Positions 1 through 28,800 of a DNA stretch of 64,000 bases are shown piece after piece. The stretch's first letter is position 1. Each line of letters starts with the position of its first letter. Made by a program: the position numbers and the translations under genes. Under the pieces are notes generated by a model. The model had not been told where the DNA came from and searched no databases. It saw only the letters and a program-made list of their open reading frames with translations. The DNA is from Diadema antillarum (taxonomy: Eukaryota), in contig NW_027271421.1 of NCBI RefSeq assembly GCF_040938485.1, forward strand, positions 496,001 through 560,000, given 5' to 3'.

Positions 1-8761
<8,761 letters not shown>

Positions 8762-8964
8762 CGTTTGAGGGGAACCGCGCTTGTCTTGTTTTCTTAATTG
8801 AAAAGTTACTGATTTATCCAGAGAGTCCAAGTCAATTGACTTCGTGCAATCACTTGTCTTTTTAGAATGAACTTGATCTATACTTGACTATTAAAGGTTG
8901 TCCTACGCAAGCACTGCTTGTACAGCGCAAGATATTCAGACTTTGGTCACAATTTGCAGACGGA

Positions 8965-8996
8965 CCAATAAGTGAGCCAATGACAAAATGACGTCA
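8965..8996 (-). promoter_or_regulatory. Putative proximal promoter module of paralog A: two CCAAT boxes + CRE palindrome
   Basis: CCAAT at 8965-8969 and 8977-8981, TGACGTCA at 8989-8996, ~200-235 bp upstream of the ATG; same arrangement in paralog B. Confidence 0.5.
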
Positions 8997-10178
8997 AAGT
9001 TTAAGCAGGGATATGAACGCATGGAAACGTAGTCTAGTATCTATAACTGAAACAGCTTCAAGCAACAAATGTCTTCAAATAGTTGGGAGTAGTTGTTGAA
9101 GCTGATCAATAAAATAAGTGCATGCTGCACTTGAATGAGAAAGATTATTAATGACAACTTTTCGTTTTCGTTTCCCCTCCTTTTTTTTTTGCAACTGGTC
9201 TATCATGGCAAGACTATTTTTAGTCCGAGTAGATGGTCGATTTAAGCAGAGGCGTACTTCTTTACAAAAGTTGTTTTGAAAAAAAAGAAAACCGAATCTC
9301 AAACGGTCGTGAGAATAAATAAGTTTCACAAAGGTCGAAGTCCGAAAATTGTTTGAATACTGACAACGCTCAAGCACATCCGAATCGGGCGCATACAGAC
9401 TGTCATCTTCTTTCATCACGCTACAGAAATGGAAAATTTTACGGGCTCTGCGGCTTTGTCTGCCTCAGAAAGCATGACAATATTTTGAAACACTACTTCA
9501 TGCATGCAGTTAGTTGTAAGCTTTTTACTTTGTCATTCCATGGGTGGGCTTTATTACACTGACATTGCAAGAAAACCAGCTTGCATACTGACAGTTATAG
9601 TTTAAATGTCAAACTATCAAATGAATCTAAACTGATGAAATGGTTTAAGACGACTTACGATATGTCCTACTACGTAGAACCGGTGTATGTATTCTAAAAT
9701 ATTCAGGTTTTATACACTTTGATTCTTGTAATTCTAATGAAGAGATATTCCAACAGCAGGCATCCAACATTGGTGCGCATCGTTATGGAATCATAGTTTT
9801 ATAAGGCGACTACGATCTTAACAAAGGGAAGTTCCTGCCCGTTTTCTCTTGTTTGCATGGCTGTAGACCCTAATGAGCAATGATCTACTTCACTGTTTTA
9901 TTGCTTGGTTATATAAAAGCAACCTTGATATTAAAAAGGACAACAGTATCCATAAGACTATGCAATGAGGACTTTGTAACTTGGATAGAAGAATTTATGC
10001 AAGCATTTATATTGATGTATATAGGGTAATTTGTCAAACAGTTGCAATTTATCGGGAGAAACCATAAAGCTAGTATATATGCTTTTTTTAGAAGAGGGAA
10101 GAAGAAAGAAGAGAGAAGGATGGGAGAAAGACAAAAACAAGGAAAAAATATAGAAACCCACTTACTTAGGTGAACTTA

Positions 10179-10181
<3 letters not shown>

Positions 10182-10226
<45 letters not shown>
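10182..10226. repeat. (TA)n microsatellite
   Basis: Direct observation. Confidence 0.98.
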
Positions 10227-10232
<6 letters not shown>

Positions 10233-12144
10233 AACAAACAAACACGCACACACAAAGAGAGAAGGACAGTACAGTACACATTTCGCTAGCCTTCAATTAG
10301 ATTGTGAATTTATTCAAAGAAACTCAAAACAACATCATACATAAACCCATATTCCATAATGTTTCCACCTGCCCGCATGTATATCACACACTAATTGATT
10401 GTCTCATTTAAAGATGCACGATATGATACTCATTGATGAGCTGATCATTGCGGGGTGGGAAGAATGGTAAAGAAAATAATCCCTGTCTCGAGCAACATGA
10501 AAAGACAGCAGTTGTCATGGTCATGATTGCTCTTAATGAGGATCACGATCAACTAGCAAAGTGACCAGTGATCTGGGCGTCTGATCGCAATATCAAAGTG
10601 AAGGTTCGCCATTATCCAGAAACTCTAGTTTTTCTTGTAAATTTATAAATACCCCGATGCGTCTTAATAAAATCAATTAATGCAGTTGTAGTTTAAAGTT
10701 GTAATTCATAGCGTTCTCATTTCTCACTGTTTGATTCATTCATTATTCGTTCACGCATTTTCTATTCATCGGAATACGATAGTGAATACATAACGTCAAC
10801 AGACAATATCACCCATACTCTGAGAATTCTGTTCTACATTGTAAAGTCTGATGACTACTTTTCCACCAAGGCAAATTTCCGACCACGTTAGAGTTGGCAA
10901 CTGCAAACATAAATGTGTTTATTACAATTGTTATGGTTGAAATAAATATGATCTGGTATACTCCCTCTGCGACTACTCTCTGTGTAACAACGTTAAATTC
11001 TATGTATCATCATGAAAGATGTGATGGTGACCAGGTGTATATCATTCTGCATCTTATTGTTCCAGTCTTAAAGAATCGATGCAGGTTTTAATAGTGTATG
11101 ACGTTATGGGAAATATATAATGTAAGAAAGTTTAATTTGTTGTGATCATGAATGTTCACATATCTTAGGTTTTTTTCTCTCTTTCTCTGAAAGGTGTTTA
11201 CCTTTTAACCATTCATTCTACTATTTTAGCAAATTATGACATCAACAAACTTCAATGTAAATTGGACATAATTATTATGTTGCATTACACAGTGAATAAT
11301 TGCTGGACAAAATCAAAATAAAAACAAAACTCTCTAAGAAAACTGCTAGATGAAAAGGAAGAGGAAAGTATATTGACAATTCCTTTGGAATATCACCGTT
11401 GCAGAAGTTCTGTTTCTTTTTTTAGGATACTCCTTGTCAAGAAGAGATTTAGATTACTCTTCAATCATTTGATACGTCGATCATTTCCACAAGTTCTGAA
11501 GTCTGCATAAAAAATACTTCGCGGTAGAATTTATTTCTCAGTTTATTTGCTCACTCAGGCCTTCGTTTAGAATTGTAATCTAAGAAATCTATTGACGTAC
11601 TTTTATTCAATATACCAGAATGACCGCATGATGGTCGCGTAGCCCAGTTGTTAGAATCAGAAGGACTTACAACTTATAGATAACTCATCAAATTTGAATA
11701 AAGATCAAGAAATTAAAAAAGAAGAAACTTAGTCATAGATGAGGAGGTACAGCCATGCAGAGATAATTATGACCCATTATGACACATTACGACCAGTAAA
11801 GTCATGTTACTAAAACAATGGCTCGGGCTTGAACAGTGAAGGTTTATCATTAACTTTAGACTTTAGATTGCAATTTACATTACAACGGGGAGCTCATGAA
11901 ACGTGTGATTGCTGATCTATGATAATAGGTCAATATCATTTATCGTTATTTCAGGCACTATTGTCTATTATACACTTTATGGATTGGAAGGTAATTCTGT
12001 TTTGTAGTTTTTGATGCAAAAGTCAATAAGGAAACTAATTTAGGTACGTGAAAAAGTGGCTTTATCATTCAAGTAAAGACATGTAGATATACTTCGCTTT
12101 AATCGGCGAAGTGCATTCGAGGATAGTTGTGTAACTAATCAAGA

Positions 12145-19722
<7,578 letters not shown>

Positions 19723-19922
19723 TTGAGAGGAATTGCGCTTATCTTGTTTTCCTAATCAAAAGTCGCTGATTTTATATTCAGAGAGTCCAAGTAATGTGAC
19801 TACGTGCAATCAGTTGTCCGTCTAGAATGAACGACAGCTATGCTTGCCTAGGATTGTCCTACACCCAAGAACTGTTTGTACAGGGCAAGATATTCAGACT
19901 TTGGTCACACTTTGCAAACGGA

Positions 19923-19954
19923 CCAATCAATGAGCCAATTCCGAAATGACGTCA
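19923..19954 (-). promoter_or_regulatory. Putative proximal promoter module of paralog B: two CCAAT boxes + CRE palindrome
   Basis: CCAAT at 19923-19927 and 19935-19939, TGACGTCA at 19947-19954. Confidence 0.5.
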
Positions 19955-22619
19955 GTAAGTTTTAGCAGAGATATGAAGACATGGAAATGTAGTCCAACGT
20001 TATGATTATCTGAAGCAACTTAAAGCCACAAATGTCTTTAAACAGTTCGGAGTAAATTTGCAGCTTATCAATTCCAAAAAGATACTGTAGTCGAATGAAT
20101 AAGATTGTTCAAATAATTATGTCGAGTTTTTTTTTTTCAGTTCTGTATTACTGGACTTATTTCAGTCTGACCACAATTATGGTCAATTTAAGCAATGACC
20201 TTCTGCTTAACAAAGATTGTTTGAACAAAAAAAAAGAAAAAAAGAGGAATCACAAGAGTATGGAAACAGTCGTGAGAATAGATATGTTTTGACAAAGGTC
20301 GAAGTCCGAAGATTGTTTATATACTGACAAAGCACAAAGCTATAGAGGAACTGAATAGGGTCCATTTATTATTGTCATCTTCTTTGATCACGCCACAGTT
20401 GTGAAAAATTTTGCAGGCTGTGTCCTTCTCTGCCTCAAAAGGCAAGCAGGAACATTACATGACTTTAATCATATGGGGACTCTTCATGTAACTGACATTA
20501 CGAAACTAGCATTCATAGTTTTACTGACAACTCTCAAATGCGTCCCAAATGATGAAATCATTTATGATGACTCATAATATGCCCTACCACGTGGAACCAG
20601 TGTATGTATTTTAATATATTCATTCAGGTCTTATATGCGTTGATTCTTGTAACTTTGATGAAGAGATATTCCAACGGCAGGCATACAGCATAGGTGCTCA
20701 TCGTAATGGTATCACAGTTTTATAAGGCTTTTACGATCTTGGCAAAGTAAAGTTCTGCGTATTTCCACTTGTTTACATGGCTGTACTCCATAATGTGCTA
20801 TGATGTACTTCACCATTTTGTTGTTCCATTATATAAATATTACCTTGATATTCAAAAGACAAAAACCGTATTTATGTAAAATTATGAAAAGAAAATGTGA
20901 TATCTGAAGTGGGAAAGACGTACTAAAAGGCTAATAAGCGTACATAGAATGGGTGTACGTCATGAGACCGACGCCCAAGAGGTAGACAGCCCATGAGTTC
21001 AACTCTAAGCAAAAAGTGCCCACGAGACCGACACTTTAAGCCCCGTGTTGTAATGTCGAACTCGTTGGCTGTTTTTACCTAGTGCCGAATTCATTGGCCT
21101 TATTTGCGTAGCGTCAAACTCATGGGCTGTATGGTTCGTGGGCTGAATGACTCATGGACCTTATTTCAATGTCGAACTCGTGGGCTGTATGACTCATGGA
21201 TGTCGGTCTCGAGGGATGACCCTCATTATAGAGTGAGTCCCTCAGTATAGAGAGAATGGAGGAAAGACAGAGAGAAACAAAGCGAAAAGTAAAACACAAC
21301 ATATAAATTCACGTACTTTGGTATACATGCAAGAACACATATAGTACACACACCCATAGACAGTACAGTACACATCATAGTAGTATTCAACTAAACTAGG
21401 CAAAGAGACTCAAAACATTAACAGCATCATACATAAACCCATATTCCATAATGTCTCCATTTGCCCGCATATACCCACACTCATTTCCTGTCTTATCTAA
21501 AGATGCACAGTATAATACTCATTTTTTTAATGAGAGTCCTTGCTTTGTGGGACTCAGACTGGCAAAGAAAAGAATCCCTGGCTATTGACCAACATGAAAA
21601 GACAGCAGCTATCATGCATAGTTGTGAAACAGTTGGTCGTAGAGATGTCTGGCGATACCCACAGCTGCTTGGAACTCTTCATCATCATCATCATCTTCTT
21701 AATCTTCTTCTTTTTTCTTGACGACGTTGTTGCTAATTGTTTGTTTTAAGGTGGTTTCAGCAATATCTCTATAGTCCACAACAGTGTACAGTATATCACT
21801 TCATGGTAAAGTTTGAGAATTTTCGCGTGTGGTAGTGCAACAATGATATTTGTGGTAGTGTGATATAATTTTAATGATAAAATGGGCCCCTTGTTTTCTA
21901 GGGCCCCATTTTTTCCCTCTCTCTTCTTTCTTTCAAACACATCTCCTGGTAGGTCGTGTATAACGTTTGTTGCCTTCTCGCAGAAAGCAGGAAAGAGCAG
22001 TACGGATTAAGCAACCCGTAGCTGTGTTGACATACACGGTTTTTAAGGAATTGACATCAGAACTGTGGGTGGGTTCATGCAAATAATGTAGAATTGAACT
22101 CGAATTGAAGTTGGCGTCCCTCATGCTCTGTCTGGCATCAGTACGAGCACCCTCTAGCGTTCAGTAAAAGCACAGTTTTCATTTCATTGTATCTGATTCT
22201 AGCGGCACAGACTATCCCACACGTACCATATCTCTACGGGATAGCGATCCCACAAGTCTTGTGTATACACGCTTATTTTTTTTTTATTACACTCTGTATC
22301 CTCTTTATACAGTCAAATAATGCAGCTCGAATTCTATACAGATCTGCACAATTCTACTTTCTTTATTCGTACTAATGATACGTGTTGTTTTGTTAATTGA
22401 GTTCATTTGTGATTTTCAATAAAAATGAAATAAATGAATCGAATACGAAATTAGAAAAATATATTGTCAAATCAGCTCTGAAATACATAGACCTCCTGAT
22501 CCAACAATAAGCCCCAATCTCAATGTTAGAGTTAAAAGGTTAAAGAAACATGAAATAAACGCAAATTGATTGATATACGTACATCTCTAATTTCAGTATA
22601 TGTGAAACCATCCAGGTAA

Positions 22620-22625
<6 letters not shown>

Positions 22626-22680
<55 letters not shown>
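22626..22680. repeat. (CA)n microsatellite
   Basis: Direct observation. Confidence 0.98.
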
Positions 22681-22682
<2 letters not shown>

Positions 22683-22799
22683 TCTTCTTTTCATGTGCAC
22701 GCACATGATACGAGTGATCATTATGAACAAACAAATGGTTGGGATTATACATTTCACAGATCTGACCCATCCCTTTAAGAGAGAGCGAAGCGTTAAACA

Positions 22800-23250
22800 A
22801 TGTCGATCAGCCCTTGACATTTTGTCAATGACGTTGATTTTAATTGATTGACTGGCCAGATTCATTGTTGCTGGTATCTCCATCGAATAGGATCGACTAT
22901 ACACCAGGACTTTCGGTCAACGAGTTCCTGATGACTGATTACAGCGCTGTGTGCAGTTGGTAGATGTTGCAATCTCGGTTTACCATGACTGCAGGATGAG
23001 TTATGCCGTCAAAGAACCAATCATGGATCATTTCAAAGTCAATGCCACGGCCTCGAGGCTTCTGAGCAAATCATCTCAAGTTTAGTGTGTCTGCATGGCG
23101 GCGGTTATAACTCCTGTAGGTAATTAAACGCTTCCTGCCTCAACACACCGGCGTTTTGGGAAGTTTATCAAGTCCATACTTGTTCGCAGAAAGTTATTGA
23201 TACTGAGTTGTGCAACACCACAAGCTGCTCTACTTTCACTTTTCTATATC
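22800..23250 (+). mobile_element. Possible highly decayed LINE endonuclease remnant (L1/Tx1-like)
   Basis: Broken frames give SNRIDY...TDYSAV (cf. RIDY...SDHSAV) and HFKVNATASRLL; many stops. Weak motif resemblance only. Confidence 0.25.
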
Positions 23251-23269
23251 ACTGTTAACGCAGTGTCAT

Positions 23270-23386
23270 AATCGGGCTTTTAATGCAACGAATTCCATCG
23301 AAGTGGAGAGAGCTTAGAAGTTTTCAATCCCTATGGACATTCTATTTCTGAGGATCGCAGTCTGGTCAGTTGGAATTATAGGACAG
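23270..23386 (+). other. Putative non-coding first exon of the PARP4-like gene
   Basis: Strong donor CAG|GTGAGT at 23386/23387 with a matching acceptor (ctcctctag) at 25691. The start position is a guess. Confidence 0.35.
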
Positions 23387-24052
23387 GTGAGTTTGAAGTT
23401 CATGCCTATACTTTACTGTTGTCATTTCTTTCTCCCCCTCTTTTTTTTTCTCGTTTTTAAGCCCTATCTCAAACCTATTGTTCTGAAACAAAAGAGAAAA
23501 ATGTCAATCGTCTTTTATTAGTATTTGCCATCTTTCAGAGATTATAGCTGTGGTCTTGCCGAACTGGAACTAAATTTTGTAAATGCTATGCTCTATACTT
23601 TTATCTTTCGCATTATAGAAGGAAAAAAAACCACTGGCGACTGCTCAATCACCTTTGTTTCATCAGCGTTTAGAATATTGACACTGTTAGAGTGAACGCG
23701 TACCTGCATGGGTGTTACTGAGTCATTAGATGTTTTGTTCCATGAAAACTTGCAAACATCTTTGATATTCAAATAAAATGTGATTAGAGATTAGAAGGTT
23801 TATGTTTTATTACCATGAAACGTGATGAAGAACTAAGATTGAATTAATTGTTTATGATACTCTTAAAGATTGTCATCATTTTTTGTGGAAATCAGAAGTG
23901 TAGCTTTAAAATGACGTAAGTCCTAATTTTGTTTTGTGCGTAAAATATGCATCCTATTGAGAATACACCTTGAATCATGTTAACGCAATTAGGTTCGGCT
24001 TGAAATAAGAAAAGCGACGCTCTGCCCTCATGTCCCTAAAGAGTAGGTCGAC

Positions 24053-24245
24053 CTGTCAAACCTGTCTATAGCGGCCACCCAAGGGAAACGAAAAAAGTGG
24101 CCGTGATAGACAGATGGCCGCTATAGACATGTGGCCGCTACACACAGGGTCTACAATATGGCTTTCCTCATGGGGGGGATTTTTCAATGGCCGCTATAGA
24201 AAGGTGGTCGCTATAGACAGGTGGCCGTTAAGGCAGGTTTGACTG
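24053..24245. mobile_element. 193-bp pogo/Tigger-like MITE
   Basis: Imperfect TIRs CTGTCAAACCTGTCTATAGCGGCCACC / GGTGGCCGTTAAGGCAGGTTTGACTG, with internal GGCCGCTATAGA repeats. TA TSD not preserved. Confidence 0.75.
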
Positions 24246-25814
24246 CATAGAGTCAATGTGAGTTACATTAGAGCGCTTAACTGCTTATCCGTCTATTTCA
24301 AATATATGAGTTATGTCTTCGTAAGAGACACAAAGTATGTGCATGATGACATACTGGTTGTAATCATTAATATTTCACGATCAGTGTAGAGATTGTTTTC
24401 ATTCAACTTTCAACTTTAGATTTTATTTTTCATTTCCATGAAATAAACAGGAGAAATTATATAGAATGCATAGACAAAGCAAATTTGTAGTAATTTCAAA
24501 AAACGTACATTAACAAAATACATGTGATGATGAGTAACACCATAATTGCATTTATAAGGTACTATACACATGCATATTACACGGATGGGAATGGAAATGG
24601 AGGGTCCCACTAAAAAGCCAAGCTTGTACGATATGAGACCCTCAGAAATACATAAAAAACGAATAATGACTTCATGAAACTACAAACAAATATATGAAAC
24701 ATTATTACATCATTAACCTCAGTTCAGTATGAATACTTGGAAATTTACTACATAATTGCTGGTACCACATACAAACCATTTCTCCTATTCTTCTTTTTTT
24801 TTCTCACAGTCTTATTGGGCACAGCAAGCTCAATGTATGACTTTTGTTTGAAAAAGTATCATCCCCAAAAAAATCCTGAACAACATGAAAGTTCAACGTT
24901 TTCTTGCACATTATACTTACTTCTGTTCCTTGCAAAGCTTTATGTGATAATCCGCCACATGACAAACAAAACCTCTGGTAGACAGATAAGAGTGCATGCT
25001 GAATATTTTTTCCTTTTTTTCCATACCATCATCACAATATTTTCAGTGGTATTTTTTATTCTATTTATTATTTTTTTAGCGTCTTCCGTGAGTAGAAATA
25101 ATGATTCATGGAACAGCAGGATAGGTAGTTATGGACATCAATAATTTCGGCAAATGGTAAATGAGTGTGACGAGAATACCCTCGGTATTCTTGCTTGAGA
25201 GAGAATTGTGCTATTGTTGAGTGATATCAAAGTCACCAATTACTGGGACCTGCTTATCATATGTGCTTACTTTACCAATCTTGAACAGCACGTCGTTAAT
25301 CGTTGTGTAATTGATTGTGCTCTAGTTGTAGTTTGTGGACCAGGAAACAAAAATGTCATACTAGACTCATAGTTTACTATAATAGTGTTACAAGAGAGGT
25401 CGTGCGGTGTATGTGACCTGCCTTGATTATAAAGGAAGCAGGTGTTTATCTGAAAAAGGAAGCACAATGTGATAAGGTATCGTCTAACATCAAAGTTAAA
25501 TGTACGTATATGGTGGCATTCTCTTCTTCAGTTTTCTCTTGTCTTCTCTAGTACTCAGTTCGTAAGATGTGATATCTTCTGTATACACTACAGAACAATT
25601 GCTTCAATCACTATCCATTGTACCATCATGTAAGATGCCCAATGACCTCCATTGACCTGATGTTGCGTCTCTATTTTTCCAACTCCTCTAGATCCGACAG
25701 GAAACAATCTCTTTGACTACTAAAAATTAGCTCCTGTGGCAAAGTCCTGACACACCTGCATGAGGGAAAGACCAAAAGATTATAGATCGGCAGCACATTA
25801 TCCCCACTATTAGG

Positions 25815-28800
25815 ATGTCCCTCCAGGAACCTCGCTCCGAGCTGGAAGCCGACAGCTCCGATGGAAAGAATGAACAGGATGGCTTTGAAGAGGACAAGTG
25901 TGAACTCGTCAAATACGTCATACTCCAGGTAGAACAATTACAATCCATGTTTTCTAGCTTTATGGAACTAAATACGATATAAGTAGACACACAGACCATG
26001 GCACTATGCTACTTACATTTGATCTCGCTTTGGAGTGATAGGCAATGGTACTATATGCTACTAACATTCGATCTCGCTTTGGAGTGATAGGCAATGGCAC
26101 TAAATGCTACTAACATTCGATCTCGCTTTGGAGTGATAGGCAATGGCACTAAATGCTACTAACATTCGATCTCGCTTTGGAGTGATAGGCAATGGCACTA
26201 TATGCTACTAACATTCGATCTCGCTTTGGAGTGATAGGCAATGGCATTTCTTCCCAAAGCTCCTTTTTAACGTGCTCGCAGATGTCAAAGTTTGAAGACG
26301 AATTACCCTGTTTTGAATTCGCATCGTTAAAGATTATCTTGGCAAAGCCCCCCCCCCCCCCAAAAAAAAAGGGGGGGGGAATGTATTAACATTTGCGTGG
26401 TTTTATTAAAAAGACGATATTCGCGTATATTTGTGTTGTAACCATGCTTCCGGTAAAGTACTTTGTATGTTATGAAGGGAAAGTTCGCTCAAGTACGCTT
26501 GTCGTGGGAACAAAATCTTACACGTTACTGGCTTTGCTCATTACAATGTGTAATTATGGTGTATAAGCCCAAGGTTGGAAGGAAACTGGTCAGGATTGTT
26601 GTTAGTAAACGAGATCACTTCCTACTTCCTTACCTTGACACAATTCGTCCCTTCTGACAAACTATTATTAGTATCTAAGTTTTTATGTTCAATCATTCCT
26701 CGGTAATTCATTATGCAACATAGATTAATACCAAATCACGAACCACAGTCTTGAATATAGAATGTTAACCAACTTCCTGTAATAATTCATTATGATAATA
26801 GATCGGTCTCGTAACTTGAACAAGCCAGATTGCAATACAGCTATAAGAAAATGAGGAATTCAAAAAATTCTCGAAGTGTCTCGTTACTTTGTTTTTTTGT
26901 TTCATTTTAAAGTGTGGCTGAATGCGACTTAAATATGTCCCTGTGCTGAGATGAGATATAGACCGTACCAGGGTCCTGGTATCAGATAGCTAATTTGCTA
27001 TAAAAAGTGTAATAATTGTTATCTGATCATTCAATCAAAGATTTATTATCCATAAACATCCACCTCCGGTTTGTTATACAACTTTTTTATGTGTTCAAGT
27101 ATTTTGCACATTTAATATTAGCGTGTTGTAATGTGTAATCACATGGTAATAAAAAAAGATAATCCTTAGGCCACATTTGATCATGTGGTATCTCAACCAG
27201 GTTCAAGTTCAAGTTCAAGTTCAAGTTTATTTAACCAATTCATTAAACATTTGACATTTTACAAAAGGATACAGCATTAAGAATAATGAATGGTTTGGGA
27301 CCCCAAAAGAAGCAGAGCTTGTAAAAAAGGGGTCCCGGATAAACATATATATAGGTGATATAGTAGTTAGCATTTGTCAAATGAACTTTTTGGTTTGGTC
27401 GACAGAAAGAGCTAGAAGATGGGGATGTCGAGTTCACATCTATCGAGCTGCACACCAGTGTTGGAGTACCATCGGCCGTTCTGAGCCAAGGGCCCCGGAA
27501 GTCTCCGACCACGAGACCCAAGTTTAGGGTCTATACTCACCATGGCACGGTGTCTGGAACAAAGGTAGTACTTACAGTTTGGCATGCATACTGTATGCAC
27601 ACTATGGGACTTTAGTGACGATTACTTGATGAACTGCTATTATTTCACTATCTTTTAGAGATGACACTCGCTCCGACTGAACGAACATTGACATCGAAAT
27701 ATGAAACCATTTCTGAGATAGAAATATCAGTAGAGTAACATTTCTAAAAACAAAAACAAAGAAAACAGGAAATGCGTATTCATGAAATACTTTTTAGTAC
27801 ATAAATTGTTGCTCTTTTTGGGGTGGCATTTTAAGACATTAGAATAGTATAATCCTAAAGTCAGGAATTTGGCACTTTTCGCAGGATGAAAATTCTGGGA
27901 CGAAATCGAGTCGCTTTGCTCAGGCTGCCCCAGCCGCCCTGAAGATGTACAATGAGGAGTACAAAGCGTGGACGTCTAAAGGGATGACAAGAACGAAGAA
28001 AATGCTGTCACGTTGGCTTGGATCCAACATTCTGACCAAGGTAAGACAGAGGACGAATACTTTCAAATTCGCATTCCCGATCTCATTTCCCTTCTCCTTC
28101 ATTAGTTGGCTTTAAATTGGTTAATTACCTCTTATTTCTATCGTATAATCAACTACTATGTACTCAAGATCATTTATGATTTTATTACATTATGTTACGG
28201 TCTGTGATAGAAAAAAAGAATCACTTTGAGATCAATTGAATTGAATTGAATTGAATTGAATTGGATTGAACTGAATTGAGGGGCCCACATTCTACAAGCA
28301 TTGTCTTTTTAGTGGGTCCCTCCATTTTTCGATGTCTTACGTATTGTATCGTCTTTATCACTTCAGTCAATTTTCATTACAACGTATTTCTTATTCCAAG
28401 GTTCCTCGATTATATTTTTCTCAATTTACTTTGTTTTGACTATGCAATCTTATTCTCTGTTACCAAAGAAAGTGAAATGTTTATGTTCTTTTCGAAAAAT
28501 GAAATAAAGCATGAATTGAATTGAATTGAATAATTCTCCGCATATCTGCTACTTTTCTCTTTCTAAAATTGCCGGTCTCGTTTCTAATCCTGGGCAGTGA
28601 CCGAACTACTCCTAGGGTTGGTAGAGATGAATTGATATGTATTTAACGTTTTGATTGTAAAATGAAACATTGATAATCATGATGCTGATGAAAAATGTTA
28701 TCAGATAGTGGAAATATGATAATGTGAGAACAGCTAGAGTCTGTATCCTTCCCCTTTCCCGATTTTATGTACATTGAAGTACAACTGCTGGGGCAGAAAA

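Noticed and set aside
9075-11091. Numerous 60-115 aa ORFs in AT-rich intergenic and intronic DNA here and elsewhere in the track
   Set aside because: Low-complexity, microsatellite-driven translations without motifs or splice support.
25727-25999. Minus-strand ORFs 25727-25999 and 25671-25937
   Set aside because: They overlap the PARP4 first coding exon on the opposite strand and have no recognisable motifs.
25998-26249. Repeat array considered as a possible CRISPR
   Set aside because: Copies abut with no unique spacers, the context is eukaryotic, and no cas genes are present; it is a minisatellite.
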